Part shown: positions 1 to 13,801 of the stretch, piece by piece
How the letters are laid out: every line of letters starts with the position of its first letter
How positions within the stretch are numbered: position 1 is the stretch's first letter
Assembly (NCBI GenBank): GCA_950097015.1
Contig: CATNEN010000014.1
Location: forward strand, 1,922,001 to 1,986,000
From: Macrostomum hystrix
Taxonomy: Eukaryota > Animalia > Platyhelminthes
DNA length: 64,000 nucleotides
Direction: 5' to 3'
Program-made: the position numbers and the translations under genes
The notes under the pieces: generated by a model
Databases searched by the model: none
Seen by the model: the letters and a program-made list of their open reading frames with translations, nothing else
Told to the model about the DNA's origin: nothing

Positions 1-117
1 TTTCCTGTTTGGGAGAGTGAGATCTGCTGCCATTTTGTGCCTCTTCTGTTCAATGCATCGGCCTCCCGGAAACCCTCTGCTGTCCGCAGTTCTTTTATAT
101 CACTCTCTGCAACTCCC

Positions 118-410
118 CAATGCCCTCTCCTCCTCTCTCCCCTCTCCTCCTCTCTGCCCTCTCCTCCTCTCTGCCCTCTCCCCCTCTCTGCCCTCTCCCC
201 CTCTCTGCCCTCTCCCCCTCTCTTCCCTCTTCCCCTCTCTGCGCTCTCCCCATCTGCCCTCTCCCCCTCTCTGCCCTCTCCCCCTCTCTGCCCTCTCCTC
301 CTCTCTGCCCTCTCCCCCTCTCTGCCCTCTCCACTCTCTGCCCTCTCCCCCTCTCTGCCCTCTCCCCCTCTCTGCCCTCTCCACTCTCTGCCCTCTCTCC
401 CCCATCTGCC
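118..410. repeat. CT-rich ~16-bp minisatellite (TCTCTGCCCTCTCCCC)
   Basis: Visible tandem units; source of the low-complexity ORFs at 17-536. Confidence 0.9.
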
Positions 411-697
411 ATACCCCTTCTATTTCTGCCTGCCCTTCTCACCTCAGATATTTTAATCAAGTACTTTTGTACTGCACTGGCTTGTCCTGCACTAAGCGTT
501 AATTCCCGACATACTATCTATCCATCAGCTGTATAAAAAGAAAATCTACTTTAGCTGGAAAATTCGGTCGTTGCCAGCCTCTTAGCCATGTAATTAGCGA
601 CTTGTCTGGCTTCCGACAAGCAACAGACTTTTACAGGAACCGACAGAATCTAAGATTTCACCCACCTGAGAATAGCTAATTCTGCCGCAATCGCCAG

Positions 698-2069
698 ATC
701 GAGCTGGTCCAGACCTGCCTGACATCGAAGCTGAGCAACTGCCTGCTGCGCATTGGTGACCAGCTCATCCAGCATGCCCGCCTGGAGGAGGACGCCGACA
801 ACGCCGCATCTGGTCCCAACTCTGCCGCTGCCGGTCTTGTCTCAGCGGCTGCTCAGGCTGTGAGTCTATCGGTGCTCAGTCTGTGATTCTATGGGTGCTC
901 AGTCTTTGAGTCTATTAGTGCTCAGTCTGTGAGTCTATGAGTGCTCAGTCTGTGATTCTATGGGTGCTCAGTCTGTGAGTCAATGGGTGCTCAGTCTGTG
1001 AGTCTATGAGTGCTCAGTCTGTGATTCTATGGGTGCTCAGTCTTTGAGTCTATTAGTGCTCAGTCTGAGTATATGGGTGCTCAGTCTGTGAGTCTATGGG
1101 TGCTCAGTCTGTGAGTCTATGGGTGCTCAGTCTGTGAGTCTATGGGTGCTCAGTCAGTGAGTCTATGAGTGCTCAGTCTGTGAGGCTATCGATACTCAGG
1201 CTGAGTCTATGGGTGCTCTAACTACCTTCCACTCGACGCAGGAGCGTTTTCTTCTCCCCGCGCGTCCCCAACTGGCCAGCCAGCAGCAGCAGCAGCACAG
1301 CCACCTGGCAGCCCGCATCGTGTCAGTGGAGTCGGCAGCCTACCTGGCTGAGCAGATCGAGTCCCTGCTTGTGCCGTACCTGGAGGCGCAGCTGCCGCAC
1401 GAGAAGCGACCATTCCTCGCTGCCTTCGTGTCTCACACGCTCTCCGCTGTTGGCGACCTGCGCGCTCCGGCGGCCTGCGCGGTGGCCGCCACCGGCCTGC
1501 GACTGGAACCGGTTCAAACCGGTATGACCGGCCCACAGGTGAACTGGGACGTGCGCGAGATTCTGTCGGAGCACAGCGCCTACGTGGACCTGCTGCTGTG
1601 CGAGCTGGCCAGATTCAGCGACTGTCTGGACCGGGCCGCTGCCGTGCTGGGCGGCAGCCTCCCCTGCGACTGGGCCGCCCGCCTGTGGCACTACGCCCTG
1701 CTGGTTGCCAGCCAGTGCCTTGTCGAAGGCTTCTCAGCCGCCAGGCGTTGCTCAAACGAGGGCCGCGCGCTCATGCAGCTGGACTTTCAGCACTTCCTGG
1801 TTGGCGCTGAGCGGCTGTCGGGGCTCCGGCCCGTGCCGCATCGGGACTATGTGGACCAGTTCATCAAGGCCTACTACCTGCCTGAGAGCGAGCTGCAGGA
1901 CTGGCTGCGTGACCGGCGCGACTACACGGCCAGGCAGAAGGCCGGCCTGCTGGCCTGCCTGGCCCACCTCAGCCGCAAAACCCGGCAGCGGCTGCTGGCC
2001 CTGCTGGACCTGCCGGCTGGCGGCCTGGGCGCCCTCGCCACCGCCGCCATCGGCGACTCGCCTTCCTGA
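698..2069 (+). CDS. VPS50: Syndetin / VPS50 (EARP subunit), last two coding exons (698-859, 1242-2069); 5' part lies outside the window
   Basis: Translation includes LVEGFSAARRCSNEGRALMQLDFQHFL...RPVPHRDYVDQFIKAYYLPE, matching the VPS50 C-terminus as I recall it. AG at 696-697, GTGAGT at 860, AG at 1240-1241, phase 0/0, stop TGA 2067-2069. Confidence 0.9.
847..1220 (+). repeat. 23-bp minisatellite straddling the VPS50 splice donor, ~16 copies
   Basis: Unit GTGAGTCTATGGGTGCTCAGTCT; the first unit overlaps the exon end (GCTCAGGCT|GTGAGT). Confidence 0.9.
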
Positions 2070-2164
2070 CGGCTGCCGGAGCTCAGCCGGTGATCCTCGT
2101 TCTGGCTATATAATTATCGAATAACTCATTAGCGACTGCAGCCTGCTGCCAGCGAGTAACAAAG

Positions 2165-2345
2165 TATTAGAGGATGGAGTATTAGTGCATTAGAGGATGG
2201 TGTATTAGTGCATTAGAGGATTGAGTATTAGTGCATTAGAGGATGGATTATTAGTGCATTACAGGATGGATTATTAGTGCATTAGAGGATTGTGTATTAG
2301 TGCATTAGAGGATGGAGTATTATTACATTAGAGGATAGAGTTTAA
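2165..2345. repeat. 23-bp degenerate minisatellite (TTAGTGCATTAGAGGATGGAGTA), ~7 copies
   Basis: Tandem units just downstream of the VPS50 stop. Confidence 0.85.
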
Positions 2346-2885
2346 CGGGGAGTACTAGGGAATTAGAGGATAAAGCATAGGGTTATTACTTCAAGTTTTT
2401 ACCCGCTGACTAGTCCGAGCAGAGTTGCCCTGAATTCTCAGACTTTGAGCAGAATCATCAAACTAAATCGAGCATTCCCTCTGCTGCACCTGTTGGCAAT
2501 ACTCATGGTCATTACTATTGCTACGCCGCGCTGAATCGCCTGTACAATAAGCGTGATAGTTGATTCAATTAGTGATATTGTAATTCTCCAACCCTGATTA
2601 CCCAACTTGTACTCAAGCCTGTTTGCAATGCGCTCCGCCTCCGCTGCACCCCTGTTTGAGCAGTGTTCTCATGCAGTGCCTAAAACTAACCTGTAATACC
2701 GACATTCCTGCAGCGACTGCGGACTGTGCCTTCCTTTGTTTTCCTTCGTTTTGGTGAGCTCAAGCTCGAGATTCGGTCAGAGCACTTGTAACACTTTTTA
2801 GCACTTTTAGTTTCCTTTGCACTCATTTCTCATTTCATTCCGCTGAGATGGACCTTGCTTGCTTAAGATTTTGTATTTTGCGACC

Positions 2886-3693
<808 letters not shown>

Positions 3694-4461
3694 CCAGCAG
3701 TACTATAATATTATGTATTCAGTGAGCCCCGGAACAATTTCTTGCCCGAGATTTTCTGTCATTATTCCAGCTTTCTTCCGCTTCACTTGCGCATCAGAGC
3801 TTGGCCTAATATTTCACTGTCAAGAGTTCCATATTATGCAAAATTGTGTTGCGCGAATAAAACCAGTTGCCGGCACCAGTCAGTGGGCAGAATTGTCTTC
3901 TACTGTGGATCAAATCTTGGAGTCTCGCAGCAGATTTTCAGGGGCATTTTTTCAACTCATCTTTCCTCGCGGAGTTGCTTCCAGAACTTGAAGCATCGCT
4001 TATCCCATCCGCCGTGGGGAAAAATAGCAGAAGATGAGAATTTATCCCGGCCCGGAATGAGGGGGCGGCCCGCTGCTGAAGTGCAATATGGCTGCTGGCC
4101 TGGCTAAGTGCAGGATATTCTCAACCCGATGAGAACAATATTGGCCCTGAGCTGCCCCCCGACCTCCCTGGCTAAAAGGCTGCCCCGAGCATCCGTGATG
4201 AGTCGCTGTTTTGAATATCTACTCAATTCTCTCTTAGACTCATCCGCAGCTCATTGTGTGCCCCCCGAGACTGAGGGGGGGGGATCGGCTGCGGCCGGCT
4301 GCAATATCATGCCGCGCACCCGGTCAGCTGCGTCGGCGCTCCCGCAGCGTCACGCAATGGCGATGAGCTCATTGTGCTTAGCTCGTCCAGCCCCGGACCG
4401 AAATGCCATCATTGCTTTGCTACTTGCGATCTGAGATCTCCCCTCACTGCGCTCCTGAAGA

Positions 4462-6870
4462 CAGGTGAAAGATTGGGATATTAGAAGACAAGTGAGATTG
4501 GGATATTAGAAGACAAGTGAGATTGGGATATTAGAAGACAAGTGAGATTGGGATATTAGAAGACAAGTGAGATTGGGATATTAGAAGACAAGTGAGATTG
4601 GGATATTAGAAGACAAGTGAGATTGGGATATTAGAAGACAAGTGAGATTGGGATATTAGAAGACAAGTGAGATTGGGATATTAGAAGACAAGTGAGATTG
4701 GGATATTATAAGACTAGTGAGATTGGGATATTAGAAGACAAGTGAGATTGGGATATTAGAAGACAAGTGAGATTGGGATATTAGAAAACAAGTGAGATTG
4801 GGATATTAGAAGACAGGTGAGATTGGGATATTAGAAGACAAGTGAGATTGAGATATTAGAAGACAGGTGAGATTGGGATATTAGAAACATTTGAGATTGT
4901 GATATTAGAAGACAGGTGAGATTGGGATATTAGAAGACAAGTGAGATTGAGATATTAGAAGACAGGTGAGATTGGGATATTAGAAACATTTGAGATTGTG
5001 ATATTAGAAGACAGGTGAGATTGGGATATTAGAAGACAAGTGAGATTGGGATATTAGAAGACAAGTGAGATTGGGATATTAGAAGACAAGTGAGATTGGG
5101 ATATTAGAAGACAAGTGAGATTGGGATATTAGAAGACAAGTGAGATTGGGATATTAGAAGACAAGTGAGATTGGGATATTAGAAGACAAGTGAGATTGGG
5201 ATATTAGAAGACAAGTGAGATTGGGATATTAGAAGACAAGTGAGATTGGGATATTAGAAGACAGGTGAGATTGGGATATTAGAAGACAGGTGAGATTGGG
5301 ATATTAGAAACATTTGAGATTGTGATATTATAATTCAGGTGAGATTGAGATATTAGAAGACAAGTGAGATTGGGATATTAGAAGACAAGTGAGATTGGGA
5401 TATTAGAAGACAAGTGAGATTGGGATATTAGAAGACAAGTGAGATTGGGATATTAGAAGACAGGTGAGATTGGGATATTAGAAGACAAGTGAGATTGAGA
5501 TATTAGAAGACAGGTGAGATTGGGATATTAGAAACATTTGAGATTGTGATATTAGAAGACAGGTGAGATTGGGATATTAGAAGACAAGTGAGATTGGGAT
5601 ATTAGAAGACAAGTGAGATTGGGATATTAGAAGACAAGTGAGATTGGGATATTAGAAGACAAGTGAGATTGGGATATTAGAAGACAAGTGAGATTGGGAT
5701 ATTAGAAGACAGGTGAGATTGGGATATTAGAAGACAGGTGAGATTGGGATATTAGAAGACAAGTGAGATTGGGATATTAGAAGACAAGTGAGATTGGGAT
5801 ATTAGAAGACAAGTGAGATTGGGATATTAGAAGACAAGTGATATTGGGATATTAGAAGACAAGTGAGATTGGGATATTAGAAGACAAGTGAGATTGGGAT
5901 ATTAGAAGACAGGTGAGATTGGGATATTAGAAGACAAGTGAGATTGAGATATTAGAAGACAGGTGAGATTGGGATATTAGAAACATTTGAGATTGTGATA
6001 TTAGAAGACAGGTGAGATTGGGATATTAGAAGACAAGTGAGATTGGGATATTAGAAGACAAGTGAGATTGGGATATTAGAAGACAGGTGAGATTGGGATA
6101 TTAGAAGACAAGTGAGATTGGGATATTAGAAGACAGGTGAGATTGGGATATTAGAAGACAAGTGAGATTGGGATATTAGAAGACAAGTGAGATTGGGATA
6201 TTAGAAGACAAGTGAGATTGGGATATTAGAAGACAAGTGAGATTGGGATATTAGAAGACAAGTGATATTGGGATATTAGAAGACAAGTGAGATTGGGATA
6301 TTAGAAGACAGGTGAGATTGGGATATTAGAAGACAGGTGAGATTGGGATATTAGAAGACAAGTGAGATTGGGATATTAGAAGACAAGTGAGATTGGTATA
6401 TTAGAAGACAAGTGAGATTGGGATATTAGAAGACAGGTGAGATTGGGATATTAGAAGACAGGTGAGATTGGGATATTAGAAGACAAGTGAGATTGGGATA
6501 TTAGAAGACAAGTGAGATTGGGATATTAGAAGACAAGTGAGATTGGGATATTAGAAGACAGGTGAGATTGGGATATTAGAAGACAAGTGAGATTGGGATA
6601 TTAGAAGACAGGTGAGATTGGGATATTAGAAGACAAGTGAGATTGGGATATTAGAAGAAAGGTGAGATTGGGATATTAGAAGACAAGTGAGATTGGGATA
6701 TTAGAAGACAAGTGAGATTGGGATATTAGAAGACAAGTGAGATTGGGATATTAGAAGACAGGTGAGATTGGGATATTAGAAACATTTGAGATTGGGATAT
6801 TATAATTCAGGTGAGATTGGGATATTACAAGACTGGTGCGATTGGGATATTAGAAGACAGGTGAGACGGG
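4462..6870. repeat. 25-bp minisatellite (TGAGATTGGGATATTAGAAGACAAG), ~95 copies
   Basis: Directly visible, with recurring variant units. Confidence 0.97.
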
Positions 6871-7622
6871 ATATAAAGGGACATTTCAGAGATGCTATCT
6901 GACTAAGATTGGGGTCTAAAAATGCAGAAGCGGCAGCTTGACAGGCCTGAGTCTGAGGTCATCAAGCTGTGCTGTCAAGCCCCCGCACCTGACACCTTTC
7001 CAGCCAGCAGCTGCAGTCAGAGCAGTCGCCCAACTCCCCAATAATCTTCTCAGTGCAGTCGGCTCGCCGCTGCGGATTCTCGCCATGTTTTTCCAGACTC
7101 CGTCAGCCGCGGGTGTCGAATTTTCCCCAGAGGGGGTGGGGCGGGGTAGTTATTAAAAGCTGCGGAGCAGTAGCGGCCCCGCTAATTTGATTTTCGCGAG
7201 TTCCCTTGGCGTGCCGGCAATTTCTCGGATTCCAAAGAGTTGGGCAAATATTCCCAATCCGGGACTTTGTCAAATCTGGCAGGTCTGAGCCTCTGTGGCT
7301 AATTTGATTCTGTGCTCAAATGCCCGCGTCTGAGCAGTGCTTTAGGTGTGTCACGGCCTCCTGCTGCTGACACACAGCCATTGGCCCCGTGCTTGCTCAG
7401 GGGATCATCTATGTCCAGTCTATGAAAGCATTTGCGAGAGGCCGTGCACAGCTGTTCAGCCCGAACCCGAATTTGAGCCCCAGCTGATGCTGGTACCCGA
7501 ATCACTGCTGGCTTAACTGAAGCTCTAGGGAATCAAGGACTTGATGGCCGGGGGTTCGATTTCCGGCTAATTTGGCAAGATTCGAACTCGCGACTACTAA
7601 GTCAGAATTTCGAAGCTCTAAC

Positions 7623-7698
7623 ATGGCTACCATTGCATGGCTACCATTGCATGGCTACCATTGCATGGCTACCATTGCATGGCTTCCATTGCATGGCT
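7623..7698. repeat. 14-bp tandem repeat (ATGGCTACCATTGC), ~5 copies
   Basis: Directly visible. Confidence 0.9.
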
Positions 7699-8303
7699 TC
7701 AAGCTGCGCACTACAGGCATGCCACTAGTTCTCCTGCTAATATTATTCGCCGCACTGAGAAGGTACAGTTTCGGTTCATTTTCGGTTCTATACCGCGGTT
7801 CTTCTCGAGACTTTCCGCCGGCGCTAATCTCCTGCTTTAGCCTTGGGAATTATTCTTCCAGGAAAGATTTATTTTCTCCCGAGTGACTTGCCGCTTTGAA
7901 GAATTGCCGCCGCCCCGCTCTGCGGCCATCTCAAATTGTGCTCAGTCAGGCGGCCGACTGGCGAAAAGCTATCGCAGCATGCAACCCGGATCACCGCTTT
8001 TATTCCCGCTGCGCTCCGCCCGCTTGTCCGAGCACCTGCTTTGCGGGGCCGGAGGTGGGCGCAATGTCAGAGCCTCGGATTAGCCTGACTGGAGTAGGGA
8101 CAGGGCTCAGAGAGGAGCGGATTAAGGGGCCGGATTAGTTGCATTGCGCGCGGGGCCAGCGCTCCGCCCAATGCTGCGCCCGTTACAAGTCGGCCCGCCA
8201 ATGGGAGCGCGCCCAGGCTGCAGCCAAGTATTTTTAGTAACCGGGGGCTGACTTTCGAAGCAGGAGAGACAGCGGACCAGAGACCAGGCCCTCCCAATCC
8301 GTC

Positions 8304-9992
8304 ATGCCCGCCAGCAACTGCACCGACGTGGACGTCGCCGCGATGCTGCGCGCGCCCGGCTCCATCTTGCTGGCAATCTTCCTGTGCCTCATCAACCTGT
8401 CCGTGCTGGCGGGCAACACGTTGGTCATCGCTGCCGTCCTCACCTACGAGAAGTTCAAGAAGAAGGGAGTGACAAATGTGCTCATCACCAGCCTGGCCCT
8501 CAGCGACCTGCTGCTCGCCACGGCCGTCCTGCCGTTCTCCATCGCGAACCAGGTGAGCAGCAAGCACTGGTTCATGGGCACGGCGCTCTGCCAGTTCTGG
8601 CTGGTCGTTGACGTCCTCTGCTGCACCGCCAGCATCCTCAACCTAGTGGTGATCGCCTTCGACCGCTTCTTCGCCATCAAGTACCCCATGCGCTACCCCA
8701 AGCTAATGACCACAAAGCACGCCCGGATCCTGGTGGCAGCCGTCTGGATCCTCGCCTTCACCATCAGCTTCCCACCGCTGCTGCAGTTCATGCCAGCGGG
8801 GGGCGGCCAGGCCGCGGACGGGCGGCGGGCGGAGGAGGACCGGCCGGCCAGCGCCAGCAACTGCACGGCCGGCAAGTTCATGATGTGCACCATCGCGGAG
8901 TCATCAACGGCTTACATCATCTACTCGGCCAGCGGCTCGTTCTTCCTGCCCTCTCTGGTGATGCTCTACTTCTACCTGGAGATCTACCGGACTGTCCGGC
9001 GAACGATTCGCAATATTCGGCGCGGCGAGATGCTGCTGAAGTCCACGCGAAAGGCTTCAACGGCTAGCGTGGCCGGCGGGAACGAAGTCTGCGGCCTGCG
9101 GGTGCACTGCGGCGGCGGCAGCGGCGGTGGCGGTGGCCAGCGGCAGCGAGCGATGTCTACCAGCGGCCTCTCAGTGGCTGTGGCAGCTGCAGCCGTGGCC
9201 GCTGCCGCGGCGGCCTCAACAACCGCTTCGAGACGGACTGGCTCGATAACCCGGCGAGCGTCGGCGGCCGGCGGAACGGGCAAGCAGCAGCAGCAGCATC
9301 CGACGGACCAGCAGAAGTCCTCAAACAATTGGTTGTCGCCGAATTATGTACCCGGGGGTGGCGGCGCCTCGTCGTCAGCCGGCGCCACCTCGCACGGGGC
9401 TTCGCCGGCCTCTGAAGTGCGCCGTCCGTCCCACAGCATTTTGCCCGGCCTGCGGAAGCGCGCCTCCTCCAACCAGCAGCTGAAGAACATCTACAACGAG
9501 ACGAAGGCCGCCCGCATGCTGGCCATCATCGGCATCGCCTTCACCGTCTGCTGGCTGCCGTTCTTCTCCGTCTACCTCGCCGGCGCCTTCTGCGACGCGT
9601 GCGTGCCGGGCCTGGCCTTCGATGTGTTCTTCTGGATGGGCTACTGCAACAGCGCGCTGAACCCCTGCATCTACGCCCTGCTCTCGCGCGACTTCCGCTG
9701 CGCCTTCCGCCACCTGCTGTGCCGCGGCCGACGGCGGCAGAACAACGCAAGCGGCGGAGGCGGTGGAAGCTGCGGGCAGTATTATCGCAGGTGCGCCGGC
9801 GGAGGCGGCTCGGCATCGCCGGGCACAGCTGGGACCTCGTCTGCCACCCCGGCGTCTGTCCCTCCGGCGGCTCCGAATGCCCCAGCTGCCACCGCCGTCA
9901 AGATCTTCATCAGCAGCGCATCCGACCACGGCTGCGGCGCCGGCGGCTTGCTGGGCGAGTCGGCAGCCAATAGCGGCTACGACTGCTACTGA
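8304..9992 (+). CDS. Class A biogenic-amine GPCR, most like alpha-adrenergic-type octopamine receptor (OAMB-like), intronless, 562 aa
   Basis: Seven hydrophobic segments; GN..VI in TM1, LALSDLL in TM2, amine-binding Asp in DVLCCTASILNL, DRF, TM5 YSASGSFFLP, ETKAARML..CWLPFF, WMGYCNSALNPCIY. Long Gly/Ala/Gln-rich third intracellular loop. The subtype call is from motif recall only. Confidence 0.9.
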   Translation: MPASNCTDVDVAAMLRAPGSILLAIFLCLINLSVLAGNTLVIAAVLTYEKFKKKGVTNVLITSLALSDLLLATAVLPFSIANQVSSKHWFMGTALCQFWLVVDVLCCTASILNLVVIAFDRFFAIKYPMRYPKLMTTKHARILVAAVWILAFTISFPPLLQFMPAGGGQAADGRRAEEDRPASASNCTAGKFMMCTIAESSTAYIIYSASGSFFLPSLVMLYFYLEIYRTVRRTIRNIRRGEMLLKSTRKASTASVAGGNEVCGLRVHCGGGSGGGGGQRQRAMSTSGLSVAVAAAAVAAAAAASTTASRRTGSITRRASAAGGTGKQQQQHPTDQQKSSNNWLSPNYVPGGGGASSSAGATSHGASPASEVRRPSHSILPGLRKRASSNQQLKNIYNETKAARMLAIIGIAFTVCWLPFFSVYLAGAFCDACVPGLAFDVFFWMGYCNSALNPCIYALLSRDFRCAFRHLLCRGRRRQNNASGGGGGSCGQYYRRCAGGGGSASPGTAGTSSATPASVPPAAPNAPAATAVKIFISSASDHGCGAGGLLGESAANSGYDCY

Positions 9993-10154
9993 CCGCTGAC
10001 CCCCTCAGTAAATTAGCACCTCGCTTAGCCTAGATACTGAGCACTGCATATCACTGAGCACTGCATATCAAATACAGCAGCCGCCTACAGCTCATGGAGC
10101 CAAAGCTTTGTTCCACACGGACCTTCCTTTCAGCCTTGTTTTGAATTCAGCCCG

Positions 10155-11125
10155 AGCCAACTTCCCTTCTCCCCGCTCTGTTCCCATCCCAACTTCCCTT
10201 CTCCCCTCTGTCCTCCCATCCCAACTTCCCTTCTCCCCTCTGTCTTCCCATCCCAACTTCCCTTCTCCCCTCTGTCCTCCCATCCCAACTTCCCTTCTCC
10301 CCTCTGTCCTCCCATCCCAACTTCCCTTCTCCCCTCTGTCTTCCCATCCCAACTTCCCTTTTCCCCGCTCTCTTCCCATCCCAACTTCCCTTCTCCCCTC
10401 TGTCTTCCCGTCCCAACTTCCCTTCTCCCCATTATCTTCTCATCCCAACTTCCCTTCTCCCCGCTCTCTTCCCATCCCAACTTCCCTTCTCCCCTCTGTC
10501 TTCCCATCCCAACTTCCCTTCTCCCCTCTGTCCTCCCATCCCAACTTCCCTTCTCCCCTCTGTCTTCCCATCCCAACTTCTCTTCTCCCCGTTATCTTCT
10601 CATCCCAACTTCCCTTCTCCCCGCTACCTTCCCATCCCAACTTCCCTTCTCCCCGCTCTCTTCCCATCCCAACTTCCCTTCTCCCCGCTCTGTTCCCATC
10701 CCAACTTCCCTTCTCCCCGTTATCTTCTCATCCCAACTTCCCTTCTCCCCGCTACCTTCCCATCCCAACTTCCCTTCTCCCGCTCTCTTCCCATCCCAAC
10801 TTCCCTTCTCCCCGCTCTCTTCCCATCCCAACTTCCCTTCTCCCCGCTCTGTTCCCATCCCAACTTCCCTTCTCCCCGTTATCTTCTCATCCCAACTTCC
10901 CTTCTCCCCGCTCTCTTCCCATCCCAACTTCCCTTCTCCCCGCTCTGTTCCCATCCCAACTTCCCTTCTCCCCGTTATCTTCTCATCCCAACTTCCCTTC
11001 TCCCCGCTCTCTTCCCATCCCAACTTCCCTTCTCCCCGCTCTGTTCCCATCCCAACTTCCCTTCTCCCCGTTATCTTCTCATCCCAACTTCCCTTCTCCC
11101 CGCTACCTTCCCATCCCAACTTCCC
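10155..11125. repeat. ~32-bp pyrimidine-rich minisatellite (TTCCCATCCCAACTTCCCTTCTCCCC...)
   Basis: Directly visible. Confidence 0.95.
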
Positions 11126-13034
11126 CTCGTGTTCGTCCTCGCTCACTTCAATTTTAACTTCTATTGACGTGAACCAGTGTACCCATGCGAACCATCCCAC
11201 TCATATAACATTCCCACATTGCCTACGAATTAGCCCCAAAAGTCTATTTCTTATCTGAGCTGTTCATGAACTGCTCATCCCCTATTTCTAAGGTCTCCTA
11301 AGGTCTTTCAGAGAATCCATCCTGGCCAACCCTCTAGTGATCTCACTTACTCCCAGTGCGTCCTTGACTTTGGGGATTTCTTAGCCTCTTAGAGCGCCTG
11401 CTCAGATTTCTGCTCAACGATAGGGAGATTTCCCAGGGAGTTTTCTTTCTACCCAAGTTTTCCCATTCTCAAACCCCATCCCATTTCATTCCTCCACTCA
11501 GCTGAGTGAGTCGAAAGCGCTCAGCTGAACTTCCTGAGCCACCGCCGCTGCTTCTGCTGCTGCTGCCCGCAGCCTGGAGTGGTCTCCGCCCGCCACGGGT
11601 CCACCCGACACGCCGGATGCCTCCGCAGCCGTCAGCGTGGCCGCTCCCCGCCTCTGCATCCCACTGCATGCCCGTCTCATCTGTTGCTTCTCATTTGAGT
11701 CTACTCCTGCTTTCAATAACATGTCCTTCTCCGCGATTCCCACTTCCCTCTCTCCCCTCCTCGCCTGCCATCTCTCTTTCGGACTATTCTCACCTTTCTC
11801 CGTTTAAATCTACTCTCTCCTTTCCGTATAATCTCTCCTCCCCTCTCCCCTCTCCTCTCTCCCCTCTCCTCTCCCCTCTCTTCTCCCATCTCTTCTCCCC
11901 TCTCCACTCCCCTATCTCCCTTTATTATTTCCAGTACGTTCTCTCAATTCTCCACTCAGCTCCCTTTCCCCCACTAAATCTGCTTCTTTCTCCCATTAGG
12001 TATTATTGCCGCAGCAGCAGAGAACGCGCGCTTCGTGACCGCTCAATGGCGGCCCGGCATTGATTCTTTGCCGCGGCTAAAAGCGTCATCGACCGCGGCC
12101 GTGTCGGCGGGCCTCGTCGGGCTTTGCTTCCGGCGGCCCTGAAAGCGATTCCAGTCAGGCAGAAGCTGGCAAAGGGGAATATTCTCTTAGCTCCCATCCT
12201 GGCCGGGTCTCTCCTGGGGCAGTTTCTCCCAGCCAAATCCTCTTCGTCATCACCTTCTGTGGGATAACAACCGCGGAATCCGCGGAAACTCAATTTCAGA
12301 CTGAAGGCAAAAAGTTGAAAGTTAGGAGCGAACGGGAGAGATAAGATACGCGGGCCATGAACCTCTCCTAATTGAATTCGGATTCGGGCAGACAGGCCCG
12401 GTGAGGGAAAAATGTTTCGAAAAAACCTCCCCTTCCCCCCTCCGCCTTTGAGCCTCTGCGGCCTTCGACTTTAAAGGCAGACTCATTTGATACTATCGCC
12501 GCTGCAGGCCTTCTTAAAGAAAGCCTTCCAGATTACAGCGGCGGCGCTGCAGCCAAAGGAGGCGGTAGCGAGTGGGGACAACTGCCCCGGGACAGCTCCC
12601 GCGATTCCCGATCCCATCCCTCTGAGCTTGGGGAAATTTCTCCCCGTCTTTGAAGCCCGTTAGTATTTGCCTTCGAGCCGCCCCACCTGTCTGAAGGTGA
12701 CAAAAAGGTAGCCTCATTTGTCATCTGGGTGAGCTGACCTTGCCGTTCTGTTTACTGGCCTGCGCTCTGCCAAAAGTGCACAGAGTTGCCCTGCACTGGC
12801 GAGCTGCGCCGGAACGGATAATTAAGCAAAGGAAAATGAGCTAAACAATGCGAGCTGAACAGCATCCGAGTTAATAAAATACCGATGAATCTCAGCCTAG
12901 AAGGGCATGGGGATCTGGGATCTGGGATCTCTGCGGGAGAACGGCACCGAATGCGAACATAGGGGGAAATAACAGTCAGTAAAGAGTGTGAGACATGATC
13001 AACGATCGGATTTAGTGAATAGACAGGGCAGAGG

Positions 13035-13300
13035 GTGGTAATGGAGAGGGAGGGGAGAGAAAAGGGAGGGAGGGCAGAGGGAGGGGAGAGAGAGAAGGGA
13101 GGGAAGGTAGAGGGAGGAGAGAGAAAAGGGAGGGAAGGCAGAGGGAGGGGAGAGAAAAGGGAGGGAGGGCAGAGGGAGGGGAGAGAGAAAAGCGAGGGAG
13201 GGCAGAGGGAGGGGAGAGAGACAAATGGGAGGGAGGGCAGAGGAAGGGGAGAGAGGAAAGAGAGAGATAAGGGGGAGGGAAGTGAGAAAAGGGAGGGAAT
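13035..13300. repeat. GA-rich low-complexity / minisatellite tract
   Basis: GGGAGGGCAGAGGGAGGGGAGAGA-type units. Confidence 0.85.
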
Positions 13301-13759
13301 AGGCAAAGACGATGCACAATAGAGAGTTGTAAAGAATGATATACATAATTTCATCTCAGGCGGATGAGTAGAGCCCTGCTAAAAAATGTTTTCTTTCCAA
13401 GTCAGTCATTATTCGTCACGTGCAGCAGCGATTAATTCGCATCAGTCAGGACGGCTGTCCAAACTTTGTCCGTTACCAATCCAATATTGAGAATGTTCTC
13501 AGTAAAAAATTGAACCGATAGCTCGTTTTAAACAAGTGTCACTCTATGGAACAAATCGGAAATTGAGCAGAAAGTCTCGTATTTGAGCACGTATTGAGCA
13601 CAGTAGTATGGGCCAGTACTTTATTAAACGTTCTGCGTGTCCAGCTGTCAGTTGCAGAGTCGATTCAAAGCTGGGAGGCGCCATCCACCTCCTTATGCCC
13701 TGTACGCTGAGCTACTTGTATCGATACGATTCGATAAATAATTCATAATTCTCGCCTTC

Positions 13760-13761
<2 letters not shown>

Positions 13762-13800
<39 letters not shown>
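13762..13800. repeat. (GCT)n microsatellite
   Basis: Directly visible. Confidence 0.9.

Positions 13801-13801
<1 letters not shown>

Noticed and set aside
3700-4440. ORFs of 108-144 aa in GC-richer islands (also 6938-8138, 11469-12724, 30632-31270)
   Set aside because: No recognisable domain, no consistent splice chain, and many overlapping short frames typical of GC-rich noncoding DNA.
7509-7565. tRNA-like A/B boxes (TGGCTTAACTG...GGTTCGATTTCC); similar at 14118-14145 and 51729-51787
   Set aside because: No cloverleaf can be folded and the T-stem does not pair; at best degenerate SINE remnants, and untestable here.
8067-9973. Antisense and alternate-frame ORFs over the GPCR, VPS50, aminotransferase, ankyrin and Gypsy coding regions
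   Set aside because: Expected shadows of GC-rich codon usage.
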